Shown one piece after another: positions 12,801 to 26,100 of a stretch of 64,000 bases of DNA. Each line of letters begins with the position of its first letter. Within the stretch, counting starts at the first letter, position 1. The position numbers and the translations under genes are program-made. Source of the stretch: Octopus vulgaris (lineage: Eukaryota); the NCBI GenBank assembly GCA_951406725.2, contig OX597822.1, positions 46,810,001 to 46,874,000 on the forward strand. The letters are read 5' to 3'. The notes beneath the pieces were generated by a model. The model saw only the letters and a program-made list of their open reading frames with translations. It made no database searches and had not been told where the DNA came from.

Positions 12801-15800
12801 CACAATGCCCAGTCTGGGAATCGAAACTGCGATCCCACGAATGCAAGTCTGCTTCCCTAAATACTGGGCCATTGCGCCTCCACAGAACACATTAGTATGA
12901 AGTTGAAGTCAAAATAGATTCCTGTTATAGATCAGGACTTATTTGATCAACAGCTAACACCTTTTACTAATGATGTTGATGACAATAACAACAATGATTC
13001 AGATTTTGGCACAAAACCAGAAATTTTGGAGAAGGGAGTTAGTTGATTATATCGACCCTAGTGCTCAACTAATACGTATTTCAGTGACCTTAAAAAGATG
13101 AAAGGCAATGTTGTTGATCTTGGTGGAATTTGAACTCAGAACATAAAAAAAAAAAACAGACGAAATACCACTAAGCATTTTTGCCCAATGACATAAGTTG
13201 TTGTAGTAGTAGTAACAACAACAACAACAACAGTGATTTAGTTTGACTGGAGATAAAGCTCATTTGGTGAAGGAGAGGAGTAGCTGAGTAAATTGAACCT
13301 AGTAATTTCAATAGGTAAATTAATATATTTTAATAGACTGACCTTCAAATGCTCCAGCTGTATGTACTAGCGATTGATAACCTCCACCTCGCACCCAGCC
13401 ACTTGTGTTGATGATGACACCACTGAGGTTAGCTGAAACAGAAAATCAAGTTAATAAATCACCCTGTTTGCAAAAATCAATATGTCCTGCTTAAATTAAG
13501 GAACAAACTAATCCAAACAAAAAGAATTTAGTAAAGACACAGGCATGGTTGTGTGGTTCAATCCCACTGTACAGCACCTTGGGCTGACAAATGCCTGGTG
13601 GGGAAATTTAGTAGATGGTAACTGTGTAGAATCCCACCATATACACATATATGTATGTATGTATAAACTTGTTTACCAGTTCAAATATACTTGGGGCATA
13701 CCTGAACCTGTAAGAAAGAAATCTGTCATGGAGATAAATGTAAACCAGTAGTTCCCAAAAATTTTCAGGCTGCTGTTCCCTTAACCCCTATTCCACATTC
13801 CTAGCACCCCCACCACAGCACAACACCACAAACATGGACCACCTTCTGCACTAAATTCAAAACAATTATTTCAAATATAACCTAACCTAATTAACCCATT
13901 ATTTTGGGGTTTTTTTTCAACATCCATTGCCCCCTTTTGGCCACCCCATTATCATCCCACTTTTCTTCAATGCCCCCTTGGATCTTTTCACTGCCTCCAA
14001 GGGGGCAAAACCACCCACTTTAGGAACCACTGGTGTAAACACACCAAGTCAGCTTTCAGTGCCACCTAACCAGACTGTTGCATACATGCATTTTGGAGTG
14101 ATTATCTCCTCTCTTCAGCAACGAAAACCAGAGAGGTAGACACTGTGAACTGACAGGAGAGAGATATGATATTCCCATCATTGTTCAATAAAATACAGAG
14201 TGACAGCACTAAGTGGTGATGTGTATAAATACAAACTTCTAACTGGTAACAAGTTTTCTACACATCACAGCTTAGCACTGTCATCCTGTGTGTATATATC
14301 TACAGATCAAACCAACAGGCCATGCACTTTCAAAAAGTAAGAGAGAAATACACACACACACACATAATATATATAGAAACATTGCCAGATCAGACTGGGC
14401 CTGGTGCAGCCTTCTGGCTTCCCAGACCCCAGTTGAACCGTCCAACCCATGCTAGCATGGAAAGCGGATGCTAAACGATGATGATGATGATATACTTACT
14501 TTTCTTATTTGCCTCACATTTCAACTGGATTACTGATGCTAGTCTGCTGATGAGGAGGTTGTACAGAGCAAGATTTTCATTGGGACTAAAATGGCCAAAA
14601 TGGTAGACAACAGGTGCCACGGACTGGATGAAGCCATCTTCAATGTCTGCAGGTCTTTCTACAACTGCTGCTGCTGTTAATAGGAAAAAATGTACAATTT
14701 AGTTTCAAACAAGGAACAAGATGGAAGTTAGGTTAAATTCTAATACACAGTATGAAGTATTTTCATTAACATCATCCACAACACATGTTAAAGTACTGAA
14801 ACCATAGAATCTCAGAAATTATAGGGAGCCCCAAAAGCAAGGCAACATTTAAACAGGTTTTTATTTAAAAAATCTGACAAACGTATGGGACATAGGGAAG
14901 TTGTAAGTTCTATATTTAAGAGATGAGGAATTATTTACATTATTTACAAAAAAAGAAAAAAAAAAAAAGATTCATAAGCCCTAAAATTCACTCCATAATT
15001 TCCCACAGGCTACTAACCCCAAGATTGCGAGTTTGATTCCAAGCAGTAACCTGAACACTAATAATAATAATAATAAAATCGAAAAATACCTTAGGAATGA
15101 GAATCCAGGTTCGAAATTTCCTCAAGACACCTGAAGAAGGCTGGAGGGTATATCAGCCAAAACGTTGTGTTAACAACAAACAAAATGAGGACAAATAATG
15201 TATAGGGAAGTTGTTTTAAGCCATCCCATCATCATCATTGTTTAATGTCCGCTTTCCATGCTGGTATGGGTTAGACAGTTTGACTGAGGACTGGTGAGCC
15301 AGAGGCCACACCAGGCTCAATCTGATCTGGCAGAGTTTCTACAGCTGGATGCCCTTCCTAACGCCAACCACTCCACGAGTGTAGTGGGTGTTTTTACATG
15401 CCACCGGCATGAGGGCCAGTCAGGCAGTTCTGGCAACGACCATGCTCAAAAGGTGTTTTTTACGTGCTACCTGCACGGGAGCCAGTCCAGCAACACTGGC
15501 AATGACCCATTATCTGGAAAATGCATAATGGAGAAAAAGAGTGGAATAAGGATTTCCTTTTCACCTCTAGTTCTCACTGTTCTGAGACAAATTAGAAAAC
15601 TCTACACAGCCACTCGAGCTGCTGTACACAGCACCCAAATCTTCCTCAAATCACACTAGTATATTAAGAAAGGAAGAACAGTGGATGGATAGAATAGTCC
15701 TAAATATACTGCCTGGGAAAGTTGAGATGCCTGCAATCATAAAATTACTTGATCAGAGCTGACAAGGAGATTTGCAGAAACAGAAGTTCACAAAGATATT

Positions 15801-18800
15801 ACAGAATGTAACAATGCACAACTTGAGATAACACTCACAAAGCTGATGTTACACAGCACAACACTGGTCACACCTAAAACATTAAATAACAATCACAGTA
15901 GAAACACTATCTTATACACATTGACATTACAATACACAACACAAACTACAGCTAATACATCATCATTTAACGTCCATTTTCCATGCTGGCATGGGTTTGA
16001 CAGGGGCTGGCAAGCTGGAAGACTGCACCAGACACCAAACTGATTTGGCATGGTTTCTACGGCTGGATGCCCTTCCTAATGCCAACCATTCGGAGATTTT
16101 ACATGGTTTGATGGATCTTCTCAAGTACGACATAATGCCAAAGGTCTTGGTCATTGCCTCCGTGAGGCCCAACACTCGAAAGGAGTTCAGCCATTTTGCT
16201 TCCATGAGGCTCAGCGCTCAAAAGGTACTTTTAAATGGCACCAGCACAGAGGTCTCAGTCATTGCCTCCATGATGCTCAACACCTGAAAGGATTTCAGCC
16301 ACTTTGTCTCTGTGAAGCCCAATGATCAAAAGGTGCTTTGTATGTGCCAGTTACGTGACACCAGCATCAGCCACAAACTGCCATTTCACTTGGCTTTATG
16401 GGTCTTCTCAAGCACAGCATATCGTCAAAGGTCTCAGTCACTAGTCATTGCCTATGTGAGGCCCAAAGTTTGAAGATCATGCTTCATCACCTTGTCCCAT
16501 GTCTTCCTGGGTCTATCTCCACCACAGATTCCCTCTACAGTTAGAGATCGACACTCCCTTACACAGCTGTCCTCATCCATACGCATCACAAGACCATACC
16601 AACGCAGTCGTCTCTCTTGCACACTACATCTCATGCCACTTATACCAAACTTTTCTCTCTTAATACAACACAATCTCCCAGACCATGACATTATAAAACA
16701 CCATACAACACTAATGCTTCATGCGTTAAACACTATTCACCACACAAAACTGGTTACACTTAATACACTAATTTACATTTACAACAAGACCCACACTATT
16801 TACACATCTTAACCCTTTTGTTGTGTGGAGGCACATAGCCTAGTAGTTAAAGCAGTGGACTCGTGGTCGAGGGATCGCGAATTCGAATCTCAGACTGGGC
16901 GGTGAGTGTGTTTATGAGCGAAACACCTGAGCTCCACGCAATTCCGGCAGAAGGTAATGGCTAACTTCTGCTGACTATTTCGCCACAACTTGCTCTCAAT
17001 TTTTCCTCCTGCATCTTGCAGCTCACCTGCGACGGACCGGCGTCCCGTCCAGGTGGGGAACCTATACGCCAAGGAAATCAAGAAACTGGCCCTTATGAGC
17101 CAGGCGTGGCTTGAGAAGGAACAAACAACAACAACCCTTTTGTTACTGTATTTATTTTGAGATGCTCTGTGTTTCATTCAATTACTTTAAATATAACAAA
17201 GAATTTAGTGAAATAACTTAGTTATCATTCAGCTAGTGTTAGGAACATAAATTGTGACTAAGATTTGGTGAAAGATTTTAATTCAAAACTTATGAAAACA
17301 AGACATTTATACTCAGAGTCAAAGCCGGTTTCAGCCAAGTTGGTAACGAAAGGGTTAAGCATCACACCCTCATATATTAAATAATATTCACAGTACAGCA
17401 GCGCTATCTTATACATCCCGACAATAAAGACGACGGCGGTAGCGACGCCGACGACGCCTGGCATGCTAACAATTCTACCAGCTCACCACCTATATAATAA
17501 TAATTTTCCTTTATTCCCAAGCCAGCTCTAGACCTGATTGATCATATGTTAGAACATGATCCAAGTCGGCAATGCAGTGCTGAACAAGCTTTAAATTGTG
17601 CTTGGCTCAGAGATATTGATCCTGCTAAAATCACACCGAATATGACGGGTTTTTCTTCTTTCTATATTTATCCCTGCTGTTTCTATTTCCATTCATTGTT
17701 GTTGAACATTATTCTATGTTATTATATAAGTTCACATCCCATTCAAGCATGGCCGATGCCAGTGCTGTCTGACTGGCTCCCATGCTGGTGGCACATAAAA
17801 AGCACCCATTACACTCTCAGAGTAGTTGGCATTAGGAAGGGCATCCAGCTATAGAAACCTTGCCAGATCAGATTGGAGCCTGGTACAGCCTTCTGGCTTG
17901 CCAGCCCTCAGTCCAACCCATGCCAGCTTGAAAAGCAGACGTTAAACAATGACGACGATGAATGATAATAATAATAATAATCCTTTCACCTATAGGCACA
18001 AGGCCTGAAATTTAGGAAGGGGGATAGTTGATTACATCAATCCCAGTGTGTACTTATTTTATTGACCCCAAAAGGATGAAAGGCTAAGTCAAACCTTGGC
18101 AGAATTTGAAGTCAGAACATGAAGAACAGAATACCAGGAAGCATTTTGCCTAGTGTGCTAACGCTTCTGCCAGCTTGCCCCCTTAATAATAATAATCCTT
18201 CCTTCTATAGGTACAAGGCCTGGATTTTGTAGGGAGGGGAGACAGTCAATTACATCGATCCCAGCACTCAACTGGTACTTAATTTATTGACCCCGAAAGG
18301 ATGAAAGGCAAAGTCAACCCCGGTGGAATTTGAACTCAGAACATAGTGATGGGCAAAATACAGGAAGCATTCCATTCAGCGTGCTAACAATTCTACCAGC
18401 TCACCACCTTAATAATAATAATAATAATAATAATAATTCCAGAAGACTTACCCAGGGTACCAGGGATTGAAATCATACTCTGGAAACAAAGAAAAACAAA
18501 CAATTTAGCGATTATTCATAATTTATTTGACCTAAGAAAAGTAATCAAAGAAATCAACTATGACATTTGTTTATTCATTTAATGTTGTTTCCATGCCAAG
18601 ATAGACAGAAGAGAAACTTACTGAGGCAGCATTTTACAACCAGGCTTTCTTCCAGTTGCCAACCCATACCTGTTTGTCAAGTAAAGGATTTCTTATTCCA
18701 CTACTTTTTGAATGTATAGAGCAATTCATCTTAATGTCAACCAGGAATGTAAACAGGATTCAATGTTTTACTCAGTAGAATATGAACTCAAAGGAGGTAA

Positions 18801-20146
18801 AGAGCCGAGACGGATTCTGCATGATATTTTGTCTGATGCTCTAACAATCTTACCAATGTACTTCCTTATTATAATAATGATAAGAAGAAGAATGATCATG
18901 GTACTCTGTTGCAATGCCAGGTAGTGGCTCTCATGCTTTCTGGCCTTAACTGATAGGAAGTATTAACATGTACATGCTTTGTCTTGTAAAATAGGAATCA
19001 CAGCAAATATTCTGCTCAATACCACAGAGTTGCTTGTCAGTTGTTTGACCGTAGCCAGTTGAGCATGTCCCTTAGAGGCTGACGATATGTGCATCTCTAA
19101 TCACAAGCAGAAGTAGTGGGGGAGCATCACAGCCACGTGTTGAGAGGAAAAGCCTTGCAGAAGAATCAACAGCACCATTTGATTTGCCATAGAGAGGAAG
19201 ACTAGCTACCTTTCCCTACCAAAGGAAAGGGATTAATTCTTACTCTAGACTCAGCTGATGGCTGAATTCATCCTACATACAGCTGTTTAACACAAGACCA
19301 CAAATCAGTAATGCCCAGACACTAAATAATAATATGCAGAGCAGTTTTGTCAAACTACTTGCATTTCAAACTGGCTTGCAGTTGGTATTTCCAATGCTTA
19401 AGCCAAATAAAACCCTACACCCTACCCACCTCCTGTAGCGCTGCTACAGCAAGGACTTTTGGAAGTTATCCACAGTTCCCAATTTGAAAGTTCTTCAGAA
19501 GAGACTGCTCAGACTGTTCTCATTGATGCCCAGAGCCATTCCCAGACAGTCAGATACAAACTCAGAACAGTAAGGAATGCAATAATGATTACTAACATAA
19601 ACACAAAACCACGAGTTCTAGAGGAAGAGAACAGCTAATCATCATGTCTACTGTACCTTATTTTGTTGACCCTGGAAGGAATAAAGATAAAGCTGGCATC
19701 CACAGTATTTGAATTTATAAAGATTATTACCTTCAAGATTCAACAACTTGTGATCAAAAGCATTCCAATCAGGACCACCCTGTCTTTGCTACATATATGA
19801 CTACTTCATTGTCCACTGTGTTCTTCCTATTTTTGAGTTAGTAGTAGTAGTGTAAAAAAAAAAAAACATATAAAGTTGGATTGGTCGTGGTTGGCTTTTG
19901 ACCATAGTTCTGCTCAATTATGGATAATAAGGACTGAAGAACAAGAAAAAAGTTTCAGAATGGAATAATTGATTTGAAAGTGGGGTGTGGGTAGGTAGTA
20001 GGAGGTTAAGGACCAAGTTCTCTACTCACTTGTCCAACATCAATATCCACAAATAATGGGGCATGGCCAGCTCGCACACAATAATTCAGGAGCAGCTTAC
20101 AAACGGTACTTTTACCAACGTCCTTAGGTCCAACAATCATAATCTA

Positions 20147-20188
<42 letters not shown>

Positions 20189-23100
20189 AAAAGTATTTTA
20201 AAATGCGTGAAACAAATTTATAATGATTTATTTATAACAGAAATACAAGGAGAGAAATATTGAGTGTAGGAGGGGACAGTCACGTCAATTGACTGGGACT
20301 TATTTTATACCCCGTCCCACAAAGGTGTAGAATTAAGTTGCCTTTGGTGAGATTTGAATTCACTTATCAAGGACAAGGAAAAAAATATGACCACTGCTTG
20401 ACAACTGGTGTTGGTATGTTTACATCCCTATAACTTAGTGGTTCAGCAAAAAAGACTGATAGAATAAGTGCTAGGCTTTAAAAAATAAGTCCTGGAGTCA
20501 ATTCATTTGACTAAAAATTCTTCAAGGCAGTGCCCCTGCATGGCCATAGTCTAAGCATGCCCATCTATCTTCATTTATTTTGGGAGTTTGGTCCCCGCAA
20601 ATCACTGATAAATGCATCCACCCCATGTACTTTGCAGAGGGGAACAAATGATAGATTCATTGGCACCAAACTCATTGCCCCACAACAATGAAGCTTCCGC
20701 TTTCATGTATTTCTTTGCTCATCTCTAACTTTTCCTGTAAAGAATACCCTCATCTGAATCAATTTTTATGATTAAACACCTTCATATATTTTCTGTCCAC
20801 TGGTCCCATGTTGACTGGTATGAAAGCATAAATCTGCATAAAAAATACATGCAGCTCAATTACGTAAATACAGACAGAAGTCAGTGCATTCCGGGTGGCC
20901 ACTGGGGTACATTTTTGCAGTACATATATATAATCTTCAACTGATCACCAAACCATGTTATCCTAGATCAAATCCACTGGTAAGTGTAACACAGTTCACA
21001 ACTAAGCATACCATGTTTCCCAGGATCAGTAATAAACAAGACAACATGTATTTACTGTAGTCTTATCATCTAAGGCTATAGGACTTTCATCTCAAGTCCA
21101 ACATCCTTAGATTAGACCTCACCACTTTCTCCCAAGTCGCATCTGACATATTTTTCAACCCCATCTATCAGTCATCCTTCACACATTCAAACACACCACG
21201 TCCATACTAGTGCAGTCTTCTATCTTGCACATTGTGGCACATACTAAACTGTTATCTAAACAGCAACAGAAAGAGGGTTGGAAAAACAGTGAAGCACACA
21301 AGGTCTGATCAAGAAGTACTGGGACAGTTAATATGGTAATGGAGCTAAAATACACAGAGTGAAGCTGCTTCGCATGGAATGACCCTGAACATTCTCACTC
21401 ACTTCCATAGTTTATAGCAGCACTTGAAAGTAAAGTGGGTAGAGTATGGTTATCTCAAAAAGGTCAGGTTTCAGCTGTGCAGGATCTCCTTCATTAAGAT
21501 GAAAGCTTTTGTAAAACAATCATAACATGTGATGAATCATGGGTCTATGGTTGTGATTTTGAAACCAAGATAAAAATCAAATCCCACTTGAAAGGAAGAA
21601 AATTTCAAGACATCAAGGAAATCCAAGAGAATGTAATGAGGCTCTCTATCCCCAGAAAAGGAGTTCTAGGAAATGATGGCTAGATAAAAGGTGTGGCTTT
21701 GGAAAGGGACTACTTTGAAGGAGATTAAATGCTGAATTGATAGGTGTTGTAGTTTTAGTTTTCTAGCACCTATTCCAATACTATTTGATCAGACTTCGTA
21801 TGTATAACTCTATAGCTTTTAATGATGAGGTAAACTCAATCAATTATGGGATACAATTTTAATTAACCAGAAGTAAGCAAGGCTGTAGAAATGATGATGA
21901 TGATGAAAGAGAGAGAGTACAGCTACATATATGTGTGCATGCATATATTTGTAGCTATACATATTTTGCTAATATATAAAGAGTAAAATAAGATAGAGAG
22001 AGATGAATGTAACTGATGAAATATACTCACCCTGGGTCCAGGACCCATCTCTTCACTGGCCTTCCGTTTCATCTGTTCCAATGCTCCATGGACATTCAAG
22101 TACATCACCATTGGAGTATCCTTTGAGACATAAGCCATTTCAGTCTTACCAATTAAGTAACAAAGAATTAAGGATAAATTTACAGAGAGGTAGAACAAAA
22201 AAAAATAAAATACATTCAGTGTGTTTGTTCCCAAGACAACCAGAAATTTATGCTGGCTATATGCTGGATTAGAACCAGCATCACCAGGGCTAAAATTAAA
22301 CACTGCTTGCTACTGGTTTCAAAGATCATCCAGTTGTTCAAAAGAGTAGCTAATTATTCTACAGTCACTAATACATTAGATGTAATGTTAAAACAGATTC
22401 AGTGTAATACTAAGAAGGCTGGTTCTTTGAATCACATGCAAAATCAATCTAATGAACCACTACAGTTTCCATCAAGCAAAAACTATATATATAAAACTCA
22501 ACTCTGTCAGTCGTGAATGACCATGGGTACACCTAAGTGGTTCCCTTCTGGGGTAAAAGTGTGGGCGGAAAGTCGCTTCACCAGCAAACGCACAACCTGG
22601 GGTTGTTTTTATGGAAAACCAGCAGTCACCCATGCATACCAGCCTCCTCTCTCCATGCCACTGATGTTATCCAAGGGAAAAGCAAAGGTTAATACAGCTT
22701 GGTATCAGTGATGTCACAACTCATTTCTACAGCTGTGTGAACTGGGGCAACATAAGATAAAGTGTCTTGCTCAAGAACACAACACGCAGCCCAGTCCAGA
22801 AATCAAACTCACAACCTCATGATCGTTAGCTCGACGCTCTAACCACCGAGTCATGTGCCTTTACACACACACACACATATATGTAGGTACAAGCATAGCT
22901 GTGTGGTAAGGAGTCTGCCTCCCAACCAAATGGCTTTGGGTTCTGTTCTACTGCATAGAGTTTGAAAAAATATCTTCTACTATGGCCCTAGGCTACTCTA
23001 GACTGGATTTGGTAGATGAAAACTAAAAGAAACCCATCGCGAGCGTGTGTACATGCGCACACACGCATGTTAGTGTTTCCTTGTGTTTGTTGTAAATTGG

Positions 23101-26100
23101 TGTCAGTGTCACATGTTTCCAATCTTCTGTGAAAATGTTTGGTGATGGGGAAATTTGACCTTACTTGGAAACAAAAGCTGGTGACAAGAAGGGTGTTTAT
23201 CATAAAAAATCTGCCCCAAGAGACTTCCTCTGAACCATGCGTACATGGAAAAGTGGGCATTAAAATGATGGTATATATACATACACAGAGTCACGAAGAT
23301 TGAAGATTGATTTCAGCAGATGAGTTATCTAATCCCATCGGCAGAACTAGCCACCCATTGAGTTATAGTCTAAATGGCTGAGCATGATGTCACAGTCAAT
23401 TGTACCCTTAACGTAATTCTCAAATACAATCGGTATCAAAACTGGTCTTTTGAATTACAAGTAAAACCAGTCCTACTGTGCAGCACAGCAGGATCAACTG
23501 CAGAACATAAAAACCATTAACAGCAGCTATTTCTGTATCCGTGAATACATACACACACACATGCAATAAAAGGAAATATGTAGCTAATAAATACATAAAA
23601 AGGATATTTTGATGCTGCATCCATGCCATGTGAAGACAGCTAACTTTGAACTTGGCAGGAAAGTGGCCTTCTTCCCCTTCACCAGTTCTGTACCAAACAC
23701 TTCTGCTTTCCCATCTGTCAGCTGCAAAAGATAATGAAAAATTTAATACAAGTACTTGATAAAATTTTGTCCTTTAGCTGAATGGGTGAAGAGACATCAA
23801 TAAAAGACATATTACTCAAATACTGGAGCCTGATATAATAAACTCTATGTTCAACAAAATATGTAGTCTTGTGCCTAATTTAGCTAACTTGAAGACAACA
23901 TAATATTAAAGAAAACATTTTCGTGATAGTCATCATTATTATTAGTGATGCAATCAGTATTGCCATATTATTAAGCGGGCAAGCTGGCAGAAACATTAGC
24001 ATGCTGGGGCAAAATGCTTAGCGGTTTTCATCCGCCGTTACATTCTGAGTTCAAATCCCGTTAATGACGACTTTGACTTTCATCCTTTTGGGGATCAATA
24101 AATTAAGTACCAGTTGCATACTGGGGCTGATCTAATCGACTGGCCCTCTCCTTAAAAATTTCAGGCCTTGTGCCTGGAGTAGAAAAAAAGAAAAAAAAGT
24201 ATTGCTGTATTATCTCCCTTATAGTATTTAATTAAGTCTCTTTGTACTCATATATATTTAAATGTCTGATTTCACATGCTGGTATGGGTTAGATGAATTA
24301 AAGTCTTATCAAGGCATCATTTTACAGCCAGACACATTCCCCATTACTAACCTTTACCTGTTTTTCAAGTAAGGGTGTTTTCTTCCAGTTGTCTTCAAAA
24401 GCTCAGAGCTAGTGGACAATTTGCTGACAGAGAAATGACTGCTTGTGGATCAGTGATTTTCATACAAGCTGTGTGGTGGTAGATGTTTGGGAGGGCATCC
24501 AGCCATAAAAACAGTGCCAAACAGACACAAAAGTCTGGTGCAATCTTCTGCCTGGTTAGCTCCTGTCAAACTGTCCAACCCATGCCAGCATGGAAGGTGG
24601 ATGTTAAATGATGATGATAAACACACACACAGGCATGACTGTGTGGTTAAGAAGCTTGCTTGTCAACCACATTGCTTCAGGTTCAGTCCCACTGTGCGAC
24701 ACTTTGGTGTTTTCTTCTATAGCCCAAGGCTAACCAAAGCCTTGAGTGTGGGTTTGACACCTAGAAACTTAAAAGGAGCTCGTCATGCATGTGCATATTT
24801 GCATGTAGCTTTGTCTTGACATAATGTGATGGTTGTAAATGAGTATCACTATCATACAAGTGGCATTGTTCATTTCCAGTCTTCCACAAACAACATGTCA
24901 GGCTATGGGGAAATATTGCCTTGCTTGGAAACAGGAAGGGTACCCAGCTGTTGAAAATCTACCCCAACAAATTCTGTCTGACCCATGCAAGCATGGGAAA
25001 ACAGACATTAAATAATGCTTGTACCAAGTCTTTTAGATAATTTATTTTTAAAAGCTTAACTGGTTTCATACATTTCTCTAGTTTTCAAAAGTTGAGATAG
25101 AAAGACATAGGGCTATGCCACAACTGTATGGCATTTTAAAAATTCTGTTGTTTTTATAGAGAGAACATGGCTCGAATTAGTATCTGTTTAGGACAGAATT
25201 TGATTGGCAGAGGGTGATTACGTGATTAGACTTAGAAATTTTTGTAAGTTCCCTGCTAAGTCTGTGTATTCATATCATATGACAATATTATTGGCACCGA
25301 AAATTAAGGCTGACACGGTTAAGTGAACATGTCAAATCTCTCTCCATATATATATGCTCACAAAGAATGCTGTTGATAGTAACTTTGAAGTTTTGGCTAG
25401 CTAAGCCATCATCAGATTGCAGTCTGACAATGGCTTAGCAGGCCAAAATTTTGAAGTCACTGTCAAAAACATTCCTGTATAAGAGTAATATATTTGTACT
25501 CTACAAAAATATGGAGTAACCCATCAGATTAATGTAAAAATTTTTTTTATAACTGAACATAAAAACAAACATTAATATAGAGAGATACATACACACATAA
25601 ATGGCGTTGTACAGTTTCTGTCAACCAAATTTAATCACATGGTACTGGTTGCCTAAGTTTACAGGAGAAAACATTGTGCAAAGTGCACCACAGTTAAACT
25701 GAGCCTGAAAAACCACAAGGTGGTAAAGTAAACTTCTGAGGTCAGCTTTGTATTTCAACCTTCCCAGGGTAAATAAAACAAGCAACAGTAACCAACAGAA
25801 TCAATAAAATACATTACCTTCCTTCTTACAAAATATCCAACAAATTATCATTAGTTATAGTAATGACATTTAGTTACCCCTCAATATATCCTAAGTTCAA
25901 ACTCCGGTCAAGCTCAACTTGGCCTTTTCATTCAAGGATCAATAATATAAGTACCGGTCACTTACTAGGGTCCAATTTGACTATACTGTCCACTTAAATT
26001 TATTTCTTTATTGCCCACAGGGGTCTACACACAAAGGGGACAAACAAGGACAGACAAAGGGATTGTCAATGACATTGACTCCAGTGCGTAACTGGTACTT

